32,562 nucleotides of DNA from Ascoidea asiatica JCM 7603 (taxonomy: Eukaryota; Fungi; Ascomycota), in the NCBI GenBank assembly GCA_001600695.1, contig BCKQ01000006.1, forward strand, positions 376,327 to 408,888, in the 5' to 3' direction. Every line of letters starts with the position of its first letter. Position 1 is the stretch's first letter. This document shows positions 1-11,178 of this stretch, in pieces. A model generated the notes under the pieces. That model was not told the origin of the DNA and did not search any database. It saw only the letters and a list, made by a program, of their open reading frames with translations. The position numbers were made by a program, and so were the translations under genes.

Positions 1-69
1 TCCAACCAGTGAGGGATTAAAGGCAAATTCAACATTTGTTGCTTGAAAATAAGTAGGTGGAGGATCCAT
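1..69 (-). CDS. 5' end of an unknown protein running off the left edge (MDPPPTYFQATNVEFAFNPSLVG...)
   Basis: ATG at 69-67 in an A-rich context (AAAAATG), 23 open codons to the window edge, higher GC than the flank, contains PPTY. Too short to identify. Confidence 0.5.
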   Translation of the reverse strand, partial: MDPPPTYFQATNVEFAFNPSLVG

Positions 70-146
70 TTTTAATTGAAGTAATTTTAGTAATATTAGT
101 GACTGAAGGAAAAGAAAATAAAATAAGAAAAAAGTTAACTCGAGTA

Positions 147-541
147 TTTTTGACAACGAGCAACAACAACTGACATCAACTGACAACACATACATTGAAC
201 ATCCAACATTCAATATAAAAAAAATAAGTCACGTGTCATAGTTGAAACATATTTGAATTAAACTTAAAAGAAACTAAAATAAAGAAATAATAATTGCCTG
301 TAAAAGCATAAAGAGAAAAACTGAAATATATGAAAACCATTTTAACCAAAAAGAAACAAAACCCATTTTAAAAGTAAAAATAAATTTTAGTAACGGCAAA
401 ATATTCGCCAAAAAAATCCACTATAAATAGTATAGCAGTAATTTGAAAAAGTTAATTTTGAAAAATGTTTTGACAACGAGTAACAATAACTGACAACAAT
501 TGACAACGCATAGTAAAACTATTTTGTAGAATCCAACATCC
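147..541. repeat. Degenerate direct repeat, two copies 320 bp apart (about 147-210 and 467-541), built from 10-bp TGACAAC-like units
   Basis: TTTTGACAACGAGCAACAACAACTGACATCAACTGACAACACATA vs TTTTGACAACGAGTAACAATAACTGACAACAATTGACAACGCATA; both are followed by ATCCAACAT. Confidence 0.85.
228..235. promoter_or_regulatory. Cbf1-type E-box (RTCACGTG)
   Basis: GTCACGTG about 160 bp upstream of the left-edge ORF; motif match only. Confidence 0.4.
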
Positions 542-778
542 ATAATTATGTTTTTGAATAAAGAAAAAATTGAATTTGTGATAAAAATAAAAAGTAAAAA
601 AAAACAGAGCCCTAACATGTTTGCACATGCATGGTGGCTGCATGGATAAAAGAAAAGAAATAATAGGAAAATTTTAACAAAAAGGATATGCAAAATTACA
701 AGTCTACAAAATAGAACAAGTAGTTTTTTAAAATTACATTTCGAAGTTCTCAAATTGCTAGCTTCAGTATTGAAGATT

Positions 779-2909
779 CTTATCTTGGGAACTTGAGTTT
801 AGCAAGTATTGTTCTCAAAATTATTTTTCATCGCTTCAGTAAAGGGAGATAAGGTTAATAAATTTGTCCTTCAACCTTCTTACCGATTGAATACGATATT
901 TCATTTCTAAAATGTTAGTTGGAAATACGAAATATAGCAATTGTAATATTTCTAAATATCAGTTTATTTAATTTCAATTTCAATGAATCTTCAATAATTC
1001 AAAATAAATTTTGAAAATGATCGATCCGATGACTATCAAAGAAATTGATCTTCTGAATTTTTTTTATTTTCGCCAAGATAAGTGCCATTAATCAGAAAAA
1101 CTTCTTTTTAAATGGCCATGATTTTTACCATTAGAACAAAAACATCAAACAGTTTTAGACTTGATGAGAAGTTTTCCTTTTTTTAATAACAAGTTCGAAA
1201 AAATAAGTATTTTTAAATTGGGAAGTTTCATATAGTTTCTATTTTGTTCTCACAAAACTCTCATCTGACATTCGATAATCTGAACAGACTTGACATTAGT
1301 TTTTAAAGAAGTTCCATATTTTTTAAAATAGAAAATATATATTTTCTAATTTATGTTTCCTATTGTAAGGTAAAAAAGATTATATTTGATATTTCTATAA
1401 GAAATTGAGCTATAAAAGTGATTATTTCTCCCAGCTATGTTTTTATCAGCTGAAAATCAGAAGGAAATTGCCAAGTCTTATCCGACAGGGTCCTGTTTTG
1501 TTATACTGTCAAATGCATTGTAAGCGCTTAAATGCCGTGTACTTGATTTAAGACGCGTCCCGTTAACGAACAGTCGAACAAGCGAATAGTTATAAAGACA
1601 GAATGACGAGATTCTAGATCACAGCAGCGAAAAAAACCATCCAAGCGCGGCCGGTGTGGAAAACCCGACGGATTTTTTGCGGCTCATAAGTAGATGAATT
1701 TCAGCCTTCTTGAAGCTCCCAAACTTTATTTTGTGCTGAAACATCCAGTTTCCAGCGCAGTGGTAAACTCACACACCGCTAAACTCACACACCTGAGACG
1801 AGGATATTAAGAAAATGACAAATAAACCAGTATGGGTGAAAAAATAAAAAAAAAATAGATGGTAAAATGATAAAATAAATAAAAGAAATATAATAATAAA
1901 GTAATAAAGTAATAGAGTTAATGAAAAAGTAATCAATATAATTAATATGGCTGACATGATGAAAATAAATTGATTAATAGGTTCTGGGCAATTTATCGAG
2001 AAATGATGACCAGAATGTACAATAGATACCTTATTGATAACAAATTATTGGAACTTGCTTTATCGCGTTCTCTAAAATTAACGATTGCTGCTTTTTTGAG
2101 AGCTACAAAAAGGAATTCACTCATTTATCCACCTTTCATTTGTTATCAACCATAACTTCTATTTCCCAAAAAAGCATTTCAGGTATCACCAATAACCGTA
2201 ATTATAATAGTATTGAGTAATAATAGTGACTAACAATTAAAAAAAATACAAACTCTTAGTTAAACATTTAGTTCATTTAATATAAGCATTTTAAGGCTAA
2301 TAATCAAAATTGTTTCTAAATTTCTCTTGGTTCTCTTGGGATAAGTAAGTTTTTTCAAAAAGCTTTTAATTTTACTATTTATTATATAAATATTAATAAG
2401 TCTTAAAAAAAAATTATAAAATTTTCTTGCTTTTTAACCTTTGCTCAAATTTTTATGGTCTCATACTTTAAAATTTTATTAAGGTTTTACTTTTACTCTC
2501 AATCCAAAATTTGAGTCAATTTTTAAATTTTTGAGAGCCTGATTTATTTCTGTGATTGATAGCCTTAATCTTATACTCTCATAACATTCACTATACATTA
2601 ATGTACCACAATCGACACAGTTTTCAGCAAAAGCTAAGTTAATTGCTTCAGTTAATTACTTTAAAATACTTGAAACTGTTATCAACAATTTTTTTTTTTT
2701 TTATTTTGCTTTCATTTATTTGTATTGGCATATTTTTTTCATCAAATTTACACAAGATAACATCATATCACAATTTACATTTCTATTCTTTTAAAGTTCC
2801 TTTTGAAGTATGGGTTACACCTAATACATATCTAAGTTTTATTAATTTCAATACAATTCAATAATTCATCTTATGCTTTGTTCATCCGGTTTCAATTCCA
2901 ACTCTTATC
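779..2909. promoter_or_regulatory. GATA (Gln3/Gat1-type) site cluster upstream of the OPT gene
   Basis: GATAAG/CTTATC at 779, 848, 1077, 1477, 2340 and 2904, consistent with nitrogen-catabolite control of a peptide transporter. Confidence 0.55.
1764..1793. repeat. 14-bp perfect direct repeat TAAACTCACACACC x2
   Basis: Copies at 1764-1777 and 1780-1793, separated by GC. Confidence 0.85.
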
Positions 2910-3199
2910 ATGATTGCCAATATTTGTGATTCATTCGATAAACTGATTCCAATTACTACAATAAAGCTAGTATAAAAATTAAAATCATTTAAGTATGAAT
3001 AAAGTTAAAATCCGAATATATTTAGCTTCTTCATTATTTTTCTTTATTTCAAATACAAAATAAATATCCTTAAATTTCCTTGAATTTTTTTTTATGATTT
3101 TAGAACTTTTTTCTTTTTCTAATTCTTTTCATTAATTCATCAGCTCATTAATTCATTTCCTCTTTTTTTTTTTTTCATTCTTTATTTCAATCAATCAAA

Positions 3200-5782
3200 A
3201 TGAGTTCAGAAGATAAGATTATTGATAGTAATGTCGAAGTATCCTCTGAGGATGCAAAAAATTTATCTGAAAAATATTCTCCAAAAGTGGATTATATAGG
3301 TATTTTTGAAGATAAACATATCCAAGATTTATTAACTAAAACTGGTCACAGTAAAGATTATGAAAGTATTAAAAGTTTACCAACAGATGTAGAATATATG
3401 TTAAGCAAAATCAATGAAATGACCATTGAAGAAGCTATACAAATTTTAACTGATGCTATTGATTATCATGATGATGATCCAAATATTCCAAAAGAAGATT
3501 ATAATCAAATGGTAACTTCAGTTGAAAATCAAAAACCAAATGATGAAGATTGGGTTTTTTATACAAAAGAACTTGCAACTTTAATTCATTATCATTCTCC
3601 ATATCCAGAAGTTCGTGCTGTCACTGATGCAACAAATGATTATTCTATTCCAATTGAAACAATTAGATCTTATACTTTGGCAATAATTTGGACAATTATT
3701 GGTAGTGGTGTTAATGAATTTTTTACTCATCGTCAACCTTCAATTACTTTATCTTCTTCAGTTATTCAAATGTTATTATATCCTTGTGGTAAATTTTGGG
3801 AATGGGTAGTACCTGATTGGGGTTTTAATTTTAGAGGTAAAAGAATTTCTTTAAATCCTGGCCCTTGGACATATAAAGAACAAATGTTCTCAACTTTACT
3901 TTATGCAATCACATCTGCTGGTGTTTATATTGATTCAAATATCATTGTACAAAAATTGGAAATATTTTATGATAACAAATGGGCAGATTTTGGTTTTCAA
4001 GTTTTATTAGCCTTATCAACACAATTCTTAGGTTTTGGTATTGCTGGATTACTAAGAAAATTTGTTGTTTACCCTGTTAGAGCTGTCTGGCCAACAATTT
4101 TACCAACATTAGCTTTAAATCGTGCTTTATTAAAACCTGAAAAAAAAGAAAATATATTTGGTTGGACTATAACTAAATATCAATTCTTTTTTGTTGGTTT
4201 TATTGTAATGTTTGTTTATTTTTGGATTCCTGATTATTTATTTCAAGCTTTTTCTACTTTCAATTGGATTAATTGGATTGCTCCAAACAATTTCAATTTG
4301 GCTATTATATGTGGTCAAGATCTTGGCTTAGGTTTTAATCCTATTCCAACTTTTGATTGGAATGTCGCAAGTTATTTATACCCATTAACTGTTCCTTTTT
4401 TTTCAACAATGAATCAAATTGTAGGTATTTTCTTAGCTTTTTTCACAATTCTTGGTGTTTATTATTCAAATAATTATTGGACTGGTTATTTACCAATCAA
4501 TTCAAACTCTATTTTTACAAATACTGGAGAGGCTTATGAAGTTACAAAAGTTTTAACAGATGGTCTTCTTGATGAAGCCAAATATAAAGCTTATTCTCCT
4601 CCTTACTATTCAGCTGCTAATTTAGTTGTTTATGGTGCTTTTTTTGCCATATATCCTTTTTCTTTTCTTTATACTCTTTATATTGAAAGAAAATCTGTCT
4701 GGCAATCAATCAAACAAATGAAAGCAACTATAACATCTTTTGGAAGATCTAATTTTGAAGGTTTCAATGATCCTCATTCAAGAATGATGTCAAAATATAA
4801 GGAAGTTCCTGATTGGTGGTTCGGATGTATTGTTGTTGTATCTTTAGTTTTAGCTATTTTAGCTGTTGAACTTTATCCAACGAATACTCCAGTTTGGGCT
4901 ATTTTTATGGCTTTTGCTTTTAACATAGTATTTTTAATTCCATTTGCCTTAATTTATTCTACTACTGGTTTTGCCTTAGGATTAAACGTTTTAGTTGAAT
5001 TAATTATTGGTTATGCTTTGCCAGGTAATGGGGTTGCTTTAATGACTATTAAAGCTTTAGGTTACAATATCGGTGGTCAAGCTGATAATTATATTTCAAA
5101 TCAAAAGATGGCACATTATTCTAAAATTCCACCATTAGCTCTTTTTAGAGGTCAAATTCTCACTACATTCATTCAAGTCTTTGTAGTTCTTGGTGTTGTT
5201 AATTGGGAAATGAGTAATGTTGAAGACTTTTGTCAAACTGGCCAAAGCCAAAAATTTACTTGTCCTGGGGAAAAGACTTATTATTCTGCTTCTGTATTTT
5301 GGGGTGTTATCGGCCCTAAGAGGGTCTTTGGTCATATTTATCCTGTTTTGAAATATTGCTTCTTGATTGGATTTTTATTAGCTCTATTTTTCATTGCATT
5401 AAAAATGTATGCTCCAAAACTTATGCCTAATACAATTCAACCAACTGTTATAATAGGTGGATTTTTGAATGTATTTGCACCATATTCTCTTGCCTATGTT
5501 ATTCCAGCAATTTATTTATCTTATGCTTTTATGTACCATATCAAAAGAAGATATTTGGCTTGGTTTGAGAAATATAACTATGTTTTGGTTAGTTCTTTAG
5601 ATGCTGCAGTCGCTTTCAGTGCAGTTATTATTTTCTTTGCTGTTCAATATCATGATAAAAGTATCAGCTGGTGGGGAAATAATATCATGTATGAAGGTAT
5701 TGATGGTGGTGTTGGAAGACAAGCTTTGAAGGATGTCACTGAACTTGAAAAAGGCTATTTTGGTTATGACACTTGGGCTTAG
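3200..5782 (+). CDS. OPT-family oligopeptide transporter (Opt2-like), 860 aa
   Basis: OPT signatures HSPYPEVRAV, LNPGPWTYKEQ and YSKIPP; many transmembrane segments; C-terminal SWWGN. The paralog cannot be resolved. Confidence 0.96.
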   Translation: MSSEDKIIDSNVEVSSEDAKNLSEKYSPKVDYIGIFEDKHIQDLLTKTGHSKDYESIKSLPTDVEYMLSKINEMTIEEAIQILTDAIDYHDDDPNIPKEDYNQMVTSVENQKPNDEDWVFYTKELATLIHYHSPYPEVRAVTDATNDYSIPIETIRSYTLAIIWTIIGSGVNEFFTHRQPSITLSSSVIQMLLYPCGKFWEWVVPDWGFNFRGKRISLNPGPWTYKEQMFSTLLYAITSAGVYIDSNIIVQKLEIFYDNKWADFGFQVLLALSTQFLGFGIAGLLRKFVVYPVRAVWPTILPTLALNRALLKPEKKENIFGWTITKYQFFFVGFIVMFVYFWIPDYLFQAFSTFNWINWIAPNNFNLAIICGQDLGLGFNPIPTFDWNVASYLYPLTVPFFSTMNQIVGIFLAFFTILGVYYSNNYWTGYLPINSNSIFTNTGEAYEVTKVLTDGLLDEAKYKAYSPPYYSAANLVVYGAFFAIYPFSFLYTLYIERKSVWQSIKQMKATITSFGRSNFEGFNDPHSRMMSKYKEVPDWWFGCIVVVSLVLAILAVELYPTNTPVWAIFMAFAFNIVFLIPFALIYSTTGFALGLNVLVELIIGYALPGNGVALMTIKALGYNIGGQADNYISNQKMAHYSKIPPLALFRGQILTTFIQVFVVLGVVNWEMSNVEDFCQTGQSQKFTCPGEKTYYSASVFWGVIGPKRVFGHIYPVLKYCFLIGFLLALFFIALKMYAPKLMPNTIQPTVIIGGFLNVFAPYSLAYVIPAIYLSYAFMYHIKRRYLAWFEKYNYVLVSSLDAAVAFSAVIIFFAVQYHDKSISWWGNNIMYEGIDGGVGRQALKDVTELEKGYFGYDTWA

Positions 5783-6407
5783 TTACTTTATGATTTGAAT
5801 AAATTTTTTATCGCTTATTTTCTTCTTGTTCTTTTTATTTATTAATATTTTATAAAATTTTACTTAATGTTTAATAAAAATTTTTCTATAAATTTGGTCT
5901 ATATGCAAATTTCATCTAATTAACATTTTTTTATACAGTATGTTAAAATAAAGAAACTTCAAATTTGTAATATAAAATTCATATTTCTAATAATCTGAAA
6001 TACGATATATACCGTCAACCACAAATTTACTATTATCGTTGAAGCTAAGTTGATGAATTACAAGTTTACAGGAATAAGCAAAAGATTAATTAATATTTAT
6101 TACTTTCAAAATAAGCCAGCAAGAAAAAGGTTAAAACAAAAACAAATACCAAGGTAACCACATTTATAACACCACAATATAGTATTAGAAAACTATACTT
6201 CTTTATAGAGAACGATGCTAACATAAATAATGATAACTAAAATATAAAACAATTAAGTACAAAAAGCAAGGAGAAATAAAATAAACAAAAAAAATATTCA
6301 AAGAAGCCTCAAAGAAAACTATTATCTACAATTAATACCACCAACAAAAAAAAATCAAAAAGCAAACTGAAAACTTGAACGTTAGAAAATAAAGTATAAA
6401 AGCAAGA

Positions 6408-9400
6408 TCAATAACCTTTTTCCTTATCTAACCATCCTTCTTTTTTATACAACCAAAAATTCCATTTTCCAATCATTCTAAATAAAAGATACAAAACACA
6501 TCCAACAAATCGAAAGGCAGCCATGAATGCAACTATCCATAGGATAACAGTTAAAAATATTTCTTGCCTTTTTCTTTTAACATTATCCAAATTAGCACCA
6601 CTTGTGAATCCATCTTGCGCTAAAACAACTACAACAATAATAATATTTGTAACTCCCCAAAACAATATAACTAAAGTTCTAACTAAAGCATAATAATCCT
6701 TATCTCTCAAATCTTTATCTGCCTTACTGTCTTCCTTTTGCTCTTCTGGCATATTCAAAATTACATGACTTTTGAAGTATTCTTTTCGAATTTGTTCCAT
6801 TGATGTTGGAACTTCCAATGACACAATATATTCATCCCCCAGATTCTCATCATTTAATGTATCTCCATCTCCATCAGTTTTTTTCTCTCCTTTTTTAACA
6901 CCAACGACTCTTGCTTTTCCTAAATCATTTTTATCAGAAGAATCTTCTCTTGTACCCCAACTTAAATCATGCAAGTTTGAAAATGAGTAGATATTCATAA
7001 TATTTATATATGTAGGAGAGACCAACATATATTGTAAAAAGCATGTAAACATATGCCATGGCTCAAAATATAAAAATGACCCTGCATAATATAGTGCATA
7101 AGTTGAAGATACTGAAACAACTAAATCTCTAAATCGAGAATTTTCAAAAACTAATGTGTGAAAACTTTTAACTAAAACAAAGTCTTGAACTGATTTGACT
7201 GACAAAAATATCGCAGCAAACATGGTATATGCCATCAAGATTGCATAAAATACACACATTCCTGTATAGACTGGTCGAGCCCCATCTGGCCTATTTCCAA
7301 AACTTAAGATTACTGTTGCTACAATACAAAAACAGTAAAACCATAAAAATATCCCTGCCAAAACATCAGCTCCAGAAAAATACCCTTCCAAACTTGTTGT
7401 TAAAATTCTGAAAACCAAAAAGAAAGATGATATTGAAAACCACGAGACAATTAAACTAATTAATTGATAAATCATTTCAATCTGAATCATTATTTTCCTC
7501 ATCATTGAATGACTACTAGTCCAAATTTTATAGAAATGGAAGACAGCGTAAACGGAAGCAAAAAATGATCCATTTAACCACCTTCTTCTTTGTTTAATCA
7601 AATCTGCTGCATTTGTAGGAGTATCTGTTTCAGCGGTAGCTGACTTGACATATCTTGAAACCCATCCTTTCTTTTTCTGATTACCTATAACACCTTCATT
7701 TTTAAAAACTAATTCAAAACCTAAGATTCTATCTTCAGCAAGATACATATTTTTGGTAAAAACGCCTGCTTTAACGTCACCTGTTTCAACCTTTTCTCCT
7801 TTGAAATATGAATTTAATGGGCCTAGGCCTGTATTAGGATCATTTAATAATGCACGAGCTCTATAAGCCGAAAATGCCCCAGGTAAAACACTAATATATC
7901 CAAATACACTTTCCATAGGTTTATCTAAAATATTAGAAATTTTGTATTCAAAGTTTTGTGCAGCGACAAATGGATTCAATAAATATTTCCATTTGGGTCC
8001 TAAAGATGCTTTGATTTCGCCACATGCACCACCAACATTTTCATCCATATAAAAAGTTTTCCATAAATGGAATATTGAAGTTGGAGAAGGCTGAGTTCCT
8101 GCATCTATTAAGACAACAACTTCTGGATTTAATAATGGACAAAATGCTTCAAAACACCAACGATGTGAATTAATTTTTTTTTGATTTTTTTCTTTCAAAC
8201 AAAACATTATTTGAACTGGAACTCCAGAACGAACAAATGAAATTTTATTTTCCTCAGTGGTTCTTATACCCAACATTGTTGTATGTTCATATAAATGTGC
8301 AGAAACTTTTTTATCACCAATTTCATTTTTAGCTAAACCATGTTGAAAGCATCCTAAACTTGCTAGCAAAGCTAAAGTTTTTTTATTGATTTTACTTCTA
8401 CCATCACTTATAATGCAAACAACTATTTTTTTCCAAGAATCTTTACCTTTCCATGTTTCAAAATCTTCTATATTTTGAAAATGAATAATATTTTGAAATA
8501 CACCTTTCAATGTTCTAGCTAAGAGATATTCTTCTTCATTATACATTGTTATAACAATTAATAGTTCAGTTTTCCTTGGAGTTTCAAAAATATTTTGTCT
8601 TAAATTAAATTTTTCATTTGCAAATTTATCAGGTTCGCAAGTAACGGCTTGATATCTCATATAATTGAATTCTCTTGAAGCTACATTTGTACCATCAGTA
8701 TGAGAATATTTAGCTAATAAATCAGTAGAAATTGGACAGTCTAAAACTAGATTACCTTCATGAGTTTGTAATTTTGTTATTCTTGTTGGACTTCTTTTCA
8801 AATTTGATTTTCTATTATTTAAATGATAATCATTATTATCATTATTATTTTTAATTTCTCTTTGAATTTCAATTGCACTTGTAATTGCTTCAGGTATATT
8901 AAATTTGGTTGCTGTAGTTGGATATCTACTTGGACTTCTATCATTTACATGAAAGTAAGAATCATATGGTATTGGGGAATCTAAAGCTAAATCTAAGTTT
9001 TTATTTTGATTATCTTTAAATTCATTTTCTTGCATAATTGAAGGAGATTTATAATTTAAAGGGACCTTCTGTTCTGGAGTTAAAGGATCCTCATAAAAGG
9101 CTTGATCTATGATACGTTGCTGAAGTTCCTTACCATTAAGATAATCATTATTGATGTTCTCAATATCATTATTATCAACATCCTTGCTTTCATCGGACAT
9201 TAAAGAGTTGTCATCATCATGATTTTCTGGAAGAACTGGCACAGATGGAATTATTGGAATTTGATTATTTAAATTATCATTAATATTGTTTTTCTTTTCA
9301 TCAATTAAGTCATCACTAAATAACGAGCTTGAAGAACTATTATTATCAATATAGTTTTTATTAATGTTGGTAATATTGCTCTGTTTTTGATCATTACGAT

Positions 9401-10310
9401 TGTCATTACGATTATTATTAGTATCATTGGCATTAGTTAGATTATGAAGGGTTTTTGAATTTGCATAAGAAAAAGTTGAAGCATTTGAGCTTTCGTTAAC
9501 TTCATCATCATCATCTTCTTCAGACTCACTGGAGCTACTTTTAACAGGAATATTGATATTTTTATCAATTGGAAAAGGTTGAAACCCGATATCAGCATCT
9601 TCAATAGCTTCATCAGAAGAAGAAGAATGAGTATGCAAAGAAACATTAGAAAGTTTAGATTTAATATCTTTTCCGCTTTTATTAGAAGGAGCTTGATTCA
9701 TTTTTTTTGGAGTAATTGATTCAAAAGAAGAAACAGTACTAAAGGGTACTGAAAAATTATTATCAATGATATTTTTATTTTTAATATTACTATTGTTGCT
9801 ATTGAATGAATCCTTCAGAGAAATTACAGAAGGTTGAGGTAAAACTGGTCTAGTAAAAGAAAATTCAGAAGAATCACTTGACAGATGGAGATCTTGGTTA
9901 ATATATCTTATTGAATGTCTATTTTGATTTGTATTAGTATTTGTGTTTATATTTGCATTTGAAGTTTGAGTAGGAATTGGAATTGGATTTGAAATTGGAA
10001 TTGGATTTGAAATTGGATTTGGATTTTGGATTGGAATTTTATTTGGAGAATTATCTTCTCTGATATTAGTTAACAAACTGTCATCATCAGAATTTTGATT
10101 ATGTTCATCAGTTTGTTTTTGGTGAGAATCACTATTCAGTGCAGAATGTGTAAAAGTGGAAGAAAATCCTTCAAAGTTGCCATTATGATTATTTTTCTGA
10201 GAATTTGATGTATCATTGATTTCTTGAACACTAGCTAAAGGAGATTTATCATGAGGAAAATAACCAGGAATATATCTATTTGGAGAGTTTGTTAAATTTA
10301 TTTTACTCAT
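6408..10310 (-). CDS. CHS1: Class I chitin synthase (S. cerevisiae Chs1-like), 1300 aa
   Basis: MRYQAVTCEP, ITMYNE, KEKNQKKINSHRW, QNFEYK, VLPGAFSAYR, LAEDRIL, QRRRWLNG and HDLSWGT; C-terminal TM helices; long low-complexity N-terminus. Confidence 0.93.
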   Translation of the reverse strand: MSKINLTNSPNRYIPGYFPHDKSPLASVQEINDTSNSQKNNHNGNFEGFSSTFTHSALNSDSHQKQTDEHNQNSDDDSLLTNIREDNSPNKIPIQNPNPISNPIPISNPIPIPTQTSNANINTNTNTNQNRHSIRYINQDLHLSSDSSEFSFTRPVLPQPSVISLKDSFNSNNSNIKNKNIIDNNFSVPFSTVSSFESITPKKMNQAPSNKSGKDIKSKLSNVSLHTHSSSSDEAIEDADIGFQPFPIDKNINIPVKSSSSESEEDDDDEVNESSNASTFSYANSKTLHNLTNANDTNNNRNDNRNDQKQSNITNINKNYIDNNSSSSSLFSDDLIDEKKNNINDNLNNQIPIIPSVPVLPENHDDDNSLMSDESKDVDNNDIENINNDYLNGKELQQRIIDQAFYEDPLTPEQKVPLNYKSPSIMQENEFKDNQNKNLDLALDSPIPYDSYFHVNDRSPSRYPTTATKFNIPEAITSAIEIQREIKNNNDNNDYHLNNRKSNLKRSPTRITKLQTHEGNLVLDCPISTDLLAKYSHTDGTNVASREFNYMRYQAVTCEPDKFANEKFNLRQNIFETPRKTELLIVITMYNEEEYLLARTLKGVFQNIIHFQNIEDFETWKGKDSWKKIVVCIISDGRSKINKKTLALLASLGCFQHGLAKNEIGDKKVSAHLYEHTTMLGIRTTEENKISFVRSGVPVQIMFCLKEKNQKKINSHRWCFEAFCPLLNPEVVVLIDAGTQPSPTSIFHLWKTFYMDENVGGACGEIKASLGPKWKYLLNPFVAAQNFEYKISNILDKPMESVFGYISVLPGAFSAYRARALLNDPNTGLGPLNSYFKGEKVETGDVKAGVFTKNMYLAEDRILGFELVFKNEGVIGNQKKKGWVSRYVKSATAETDTPTNAADLIKQRRRWLNGSFFASVYAVFHFYKIWTSSHSMMRKIMIQIEMIYQLISLIVSWFSISSFFLVFRILTTSLEGYFSGADVLAGIFLWFYCFCIVATVILSFGNRPDGARPVYTGMCVFYAILMAYTMFAAIFLSVKSVQDFVLVKSFHTLVFENSRFRDLVVSVSSTYALYYAGSFLYFEPWHMFTCFLQYMLVSPTYINIMNIYSFSNLHDLSWGTREDSSDKNDLGKARVVGVKKGEKKTDGDGDTLNDENLGDEYIVSLEVPTSMEQIRKEYFKSHVILNMPEEQKEDSKADKDLRDKDYYALVRTLVILFWGVTNIIIVVVVLAQDGFTSGANLDNVKRKRQEIFLTVILWIVAFMAAFRFVGCVLYLLFRMIGKWNFWLYKKEGWLDKEKGY

Positions 10311-11178
10311 TGATCATATATTATATTTGATTTGAATGTTTTTTTGTGATTAATTTCTATCGAACATTGATAGCTCAAAATCAATTAAAAAGATGTAGTG
10401 AGTATATTGTATATAGAAATATTTGAATAATTTTCAAAAAGAAAAAGAAGAAAAGCACTATAAGGAAAAAAAAAGATTGAAATCTACAATTCTTTTTTCT
10501 TTTAAAAATGAAAGTAATTCAAAAAGAGGGACAATTGAAATTAAAAATATTGTATTAGATATATATCATATCATATATCATCTATCATTCGTTTTCAATA
10601 CAAGATAAAATCTTAGATTTATAAAAATAAAGGTCTAAGGAGATCTACCATTGATTAATGGAATCACTAAACTACAAGAGTATCACTGGTAAACAAAGGC
10701 AATCATCACACTTAAACTGGAAAACAAAAACTGCCTGATATTCTGATTTCATTTGGTGAATGATTGCTGTGGGAATAACAATTTTCTATCATTTTTATTT
10801 ATACTTATTAATAAAATAAGCAGCACTACTATCGATTGAGGTGGTTTAGATCTGATTACTTGCCTTTTGATGAATTAATATAAACAAATTAGACGAGGAT
10901 GCAAAACCACTGGAAAATACAGCGCCTAATAATATATCCTAGTAAGTCCGGATATAAGCTCGGAAATCAAAAAATCCTTATACGGAAAAAAATTTATACG
11001 GTCTGCATAAGTATGTATAAAATGCAGGTAGCTGCTATAATACATATAAGGGAGTTTAAACGAGAGAACCCGCATAACCGGCCTCTATTTAATTTAAACT
11101 GAAAATAAATTTATTCTATTCTGGCAACTTAAAAAGTTTATATGTTTCTATTGGAAATATTTATTGAAATATATCAAT

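Noticed and set aside
228-420. CDEI-like GTCACGTG followed by AT-rich DNA, as a point centromere
   Set aside because: No CDEIII (CCGAA) at the expected distance, and AT-richness is background here.
421-2864. Short ORFs in the left intergenic region (also 10423, 10899, 14135, 20401, 20509, 22892, 31587, 31649, 32285)
   Set aside because: F/L/I/K-rich translations of A/T tracts and microsatellites, many with non-ATG starts, no recognisable motifs.
7615-7635. Chs1 ETDTP instead of the usual ETDVP
   Set aside because: Single substitution with the EDR and QRRRW catalytic motifs intact.
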